Virus record (IMG/VR): IMGVR_UViG_3300045988_008366
Span: 1-6,346 of that record
Origin: a virus
Length of the DNA stretch: 6,346 nt
Direction: 5' to 3' (one strand)
The position numbers were made by a program, and so were the translations under genes. Positions 3,817-6,346 of the stretch are shown here, in pieces. The notes beneath the pieces were generated by a model. That model was given only the letters and a program-made list of their open reading frames with translations, was not told where the DNA came from and ran no database searches. The stretch's first letter is position 1. Every line of letters begins with the position of its first letter.

Positions 3817-5501
3817 TTACTAAGGAATTGCAGAATAAGTTAGTGACACGTTGCCAGAATCCTCGTACGGTTGTCAACAAGTATACACATGAATCCGTTG
3901 TTGTTCCATGTGGACATTGCCCTTCTTGTTATCTTCGTCGTTCTGCTATTCAAACTAATTTGCTTACTACTTATTCTTCTCAATTCCGTTATGTATATTT
4001 TGTTACTCTTACTTATGCTCCTTGCTTTCTTCCTACTTTGGAGATTTCGATTGCTGAAACTTGTACGGATGATATTGCTGACGTTTCCTGCTTTCCGGAC
4101 ATTAGTAAGTTGGACGCTGGTGACTCTAATACTTATTTGTTTGGTTTTCGCAGCGTTCCTCGTACCGCTTCTATCAAGGTAAAAAACTCTACTGTTGAAC
4201 GTACTTTCAAAGACCCTAAGGTTAAGTTTGCTTATCCTATGAAGCCCCAGGATTTGTTGTCTATTCTTGAGAAGATTAATCACAATGTTCCGTATAGGAT
4301 TCCTTATGTTTGTAATCGTGACCTCGATTTATTTTTAAAACGTTTAAGAAGTTATTATCCAGATGAAAAATTACGTTACTACGCTGTATCAGAATATGGC
4401 CCTACCAGTTTCCGCCCGCATTGGCATTTGTTACTGTTTTCCAATTCCGAACGATTTTCGCAAACTGTTTGTGAAAATGTATCTAAGGCTTGGTCTTACG
4501 GACGTTGTGATGTATCATTGTCGAGAGGATTCGCAGCTTCATATGTTGCGTCGTATGTTAATAGTTTTGTCGCTTTACCCGACTTTTATACTCAGATGCC
4601 AAAAGTGGTGCGACCTAAATCCTTCCATTCCATTGGATTTACAGAATCAAATCTCTTTCCTCGAGAGGTACGAGTTGCCGAAGTTGACGAAGTTGCCAAT
4701 AAGTGCCTTGATGGAGTCCGCGTTGAGCGCAATGGACATTTTTGCACAATTAAACCTACATGGCCGTATCTCCTTCGATTATTCCCGAGATTTTCAGAGT
4801 CTATTCGTAAATCTCCATCGAGTGTTTACCAGTTATTATCTGCTGCGTTCACAGCGCCCGGGAGAGTCGTTCGTGGCGGATGCGCCGATTTAGATTGTAG
4901 TCCTTTTAGTTCTGACTCTAAACAATCTCTTTTATCTTTTTGTAAACAGTATTTAGATTATGTGGACAATTATGGAAAAAGAAATGACAAAAGAAATATT
5001 CTTTCACCTAAAGCGAATCTACCGTATAGTGATATTCTCATTTTGTCTGAATGTCGTTTGTACGATGGTGTTGATTTGGAACCTGTTCATCGTGTCTCCC
5101 GCGTCTACCGATTTTTTCTTGGAATTAAGAAATTTGTTCGAGTCTATTCATCAGACGGAGATCCAAGATGCTTCTTTCCCAGCTGCTTTTTCGGAGGAAC
5201 ATTCCCTGGACAAATAGATTATTTGCATATTCTTTCCGTTAAAATAGTTGATTTTTGGAATCGTTACGAGTATAAACGTCTTGTTGATTTTTATCAGACT
5301 TTGGACGATGCCAATGACAAGGAATTGGTTGATTTTGAACTTCGTAACTATTCTTTTCGTTATGATAAGTCTGTTCTTGATGAGGAAACTCCTTATAATG
5401 AAATACCTTTTGTTCGTCGCTTGGCTGCCGCGGCATTGCAGAAATGTCGGGATAAGGTTAAGCACAAAAAGGTTAATGATTTATCTGGTATTTTCTCATA
5501 G
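3813..5501 (+). CDS. VP4: Replication initiation protein VP4 (phiX gpA-like HUH rolling-circle endonuclease).
   Basis: The N-terminus has a Cys cluster (VPCGHCPSCYLRR). Motif 1 is FVTLTY, the HUH motif is RPHWHLLLF, and the two-tyrosine motif is AASYVASYVNSF (Y-x-x-x-Y as in phiX174 gpA). At 562 aa it is longer than gokushovirus VP4 and fits Alpavirinae-type Reps. Confidence 0.93.
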   Translation: MITKELQNKLVTRCQNPRTVVNKYTHESVVVPCGHCPSCYLRRSAIQTNLLTTYSSQFRYVYFVTLTYAPCFLPTLEISIAETCTDDIADVSCFPDISKLDAGDSNTYLFGFRSVPRTASIKVKNSTVERTFKDPKVKFAYPMKPQDLLSILEKINHNVPYRIPYVCNRDLDLFLKRLRSYYPDEKLRYYAVSEYGPTSFRPHWHLLLFSNSERFSQTVCENVSKAWSYGRCDVSLSRGFAASYVASYVNSFVALPDFYTQMPKVVRPKSFHSIGFTESNLFPREVRVAEVDEVANKCLDGVRVERNGHFCTIKPTWPYLLRLFPRFSESIRKSPSSVYQLLSAAFTAPGRVVRGGCADLDCSPFSSDSKQSLLSFCKQYLDYVDNYGKRNDKRNILSPKANLPYSDILILSECRLYDGVDLEPVHRVSRVYRFFLGIKKFVRVYSSDGDPRCFFPSCFFGGTFPGQIDYLHILSVKIVDFWNRYEYKRLVDFYQTLDDANDKELVDFELRNYSFRYDKSVLDEETPYNEIPFVRRLAAAALQKCRDKVKHKKVNDLSGIFS

Positions 5502-5534
5502 GTACAATATTGTTTAATTTTTTAAATTTGTTTT

Positions 5535-6346
5535 ATGGCGTCTTATACTGGAATGTCCAATCTTCAAAATCATCCTCACCGTTCTGGATTTGATATTGGA
5601 CGTAAAAATGCTTTTACTGCGAAGGCCGGTGAGCTTCTTCCCGTCTACTGGGATATTTCTATGCCCGGAGATAAGTATAAGTTTAATGTTGAGTATTTCA
5701 CCCGTACTCAACCGGTTGAAACTTCTGCTTATACTCGGTTGCGTGAGTATTTTGATTTCTATGCTGTGCCCTTGCGTCTTCTTTGGAAGTCTGCTCCTTC
5801 TGTGTTAACTCAAATGCAGGATATCAACCAGATTCAGGCTTTGTCTTTGACACAAAACTTGTCGCTTGGTTCTTATCTTCCTTCTCTGCCTCTCAGTTCT
5901 ATTTATCAAGCTTTGAGTCGGATTAATAGAAATAGTGTTAATCCAGGTTATTCTCTTTCTTTAAAGAATCTGTTTGGTTTTAATCGTAGTGATTTAAGCT
6001 ATAAGCTTTTATCTTATCTTGGTTACGGTAATATAGTATCTAACTCTCCTTCTTCTGGAAATCGTTGGTGGTCTACTTCTATAAAAAAGAGCGATGATTC
6101 TTCTGCTTATTCTCAACAATATATTCAGAATAACTATGTGAATCTTTTTCCTCTTTTGGCTTATCAGAAGATTTATCAAGACTTTTTCCGTTGGTCCCAA
6201 TGGGAATTAGCCAATCCTTCTTCTTATAATGTGGACTACTATACCGGTGTTGAGCCTTCATTGGTTTCTTCTCTTCCTGTTGCTAATAATAATTATTGGA
6301 ACTCCGATACGATGTTTGACCTCAAGTATTGCAACTGGAATAAGGA
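5535..6346 (+). CDS. VP1: Major capsid protein VP1 (phiX F homologue), N-terminal part. It runs off the window end and continues at 1..1094 through the circular junction.
   Basis: Hand translation from ATG 5535 has no stop to 6346: MASYTGMSNLQNHPHRSGFDIGRKNAFTAKAGELLPVYWDISMPGDKYKFNVEYFTRTQPVETSAYTRLREYFDFYAVPLRLLWKS... This is the characteristic Microviridae capsid N-terminus (H-x-RS-x-FD, G-x-L-x-P, LPGD-like, R-x-x-x-YFFVP-like block). NNT codon bias is strong. The frame is the same as ORF 21..1094 after subtracting 6291. The ORF is absent from the supplied track because it has no in-window stop. Confidence 0.93.
   Translation, partial: MASYTGMSNLQNHPHRSGFDIGRKNAFTAKAGELLPVYWDISMPGDKYKFNVEYFTRTQPVETSAYTRLREYFDFYAVPLRLLWKSAPSVLTQMQDINQIQALSLTQNLSLGSYLPSLPLSSIYQALSRINRNSVNPGYSLSLKNLFGFNRSDLSYKLLSYLGYGNIVSNSPSSGNRWWSTSIKKSDDSSAYSQQYIQNNYVNLFPLLAYQKIYQDFFRWSQWELANPSSYNVDYYTGVEPSLVSSLPVANNNYWNSDTMFDLKYCNWNK
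6292..6346 (+). repeat. Terminal redundancy, copy 2. Identical to 1..55.
   Basis: Same 55-mer as at 1..55. It implies a 6,291-nt circular unit. Confidence 0.95.

Noticed and set aside
5523-5530. TAAATTTG matches the Bacteroides -7 box and lies 4 nt upstream of the VP1 ATG. It could be an internal promoter giving a leaderless capsid mRNA.
   Set aside because: No TTTG lies 19-21 nt upstream, and the 33-nt VP4-VP1 spacer is generally AT-rich, so an 8-mer with two free positions is easy to hit by chance. I kept it as a note rather than a feature.
751-5808. Plus-strand nested ORFs in the +1 frame of real genes: 751..942, 3871..4182, 4960..5217, 5248..5517 and 5590..5808.
   Set aside because: The +1 frame places the host gene's T-rich third position at codon position 2, and no stop codon has T there. 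Long open, Leu/Phe/Ile/Val-rich frames are therefore an expected artefact. Only 4363..4893 is kept as a low-probability question, under the VP4 codon-usage finding.
408-6261. All minus-strand ORFs in the track: 408..638, 1104..1358, 1359..1637, 1682..2029, 2039..2515, 2531..2734, 3840..4283, 5151..5465, 5239..5436, 5514..5711, 6009..6200 and 6079..6261.
   Set aside because: Each lies antisense to a confidently identified + strand gene. Their Ile/Asn/Ser/Arg/Lys/Thr-rich, low-complexity products are what the complement of NNT-biased codons (ANN) produces. None shows a recognisable motif, and Microviridae genomes are transcribed from one strand.

Overview
The window is a complete, circularly permuted genome of a small ssDNA phage of the family Microviridae. 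It is not phiX-like. It looks Alpavirinae/Gokushovirinae-like, and several signals point to a Bacteroidetes host. The first 55 nt recur exactly at the end (1..55 = 6292..6346), so the unit genome is 6,291 nt. The window edge therefore splits the major capsid gene VP1 (5535..6346 joined to 1..1094, 616 codons). That N-terminal half is missing from the supplied ORF track because it has no stop in the window.

All supportable genes lie on the + strand, which has strong NNT codon bias. In order they are: VP1; a 169-aa acidic VP3-like protein; the VP2 pilot/minor capsid protein; a roughly 510-nt noncoding region; two small overlapping ORFs I call by hand (57 aa with CxxC, and a 29-aa single-TM peptide); a 102-aa M15-family zinc peptidoglycan peptidase; and a 562-aa VP4 HUH rolling-circle replication initiator.

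The most unusual feature is inside the noncoding region. A roughly 330-nt module (2801..3131) is about 50% G+C and dense with hairpins, while its immediate flanks are 12-20% G+C. It starts with a terminator-like hairpin. It also contains four c-GNA-g triloop minihairpins, a 9-bp long-range stem enclosing a three-way junction, and an 18-nt imperfect direct repeat built on CTGCCACCC. Two Bacteroides-type promoter motifs (TAnnTTTG) follow it. I interpret it as a candidate complementary-strand (single-strand) origin or an undescribed phage ncRNA, and I cannot tell which from sequence alone.

Secondary observations are a possible holin-plus-endolysin-like lysis cassette, a codon-usage discontinuity in the middle of VP4, and a hexamer tandem repeat after VP2. 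No tRNA, rRNA, CRISPR array, transposase or integrase is visible.
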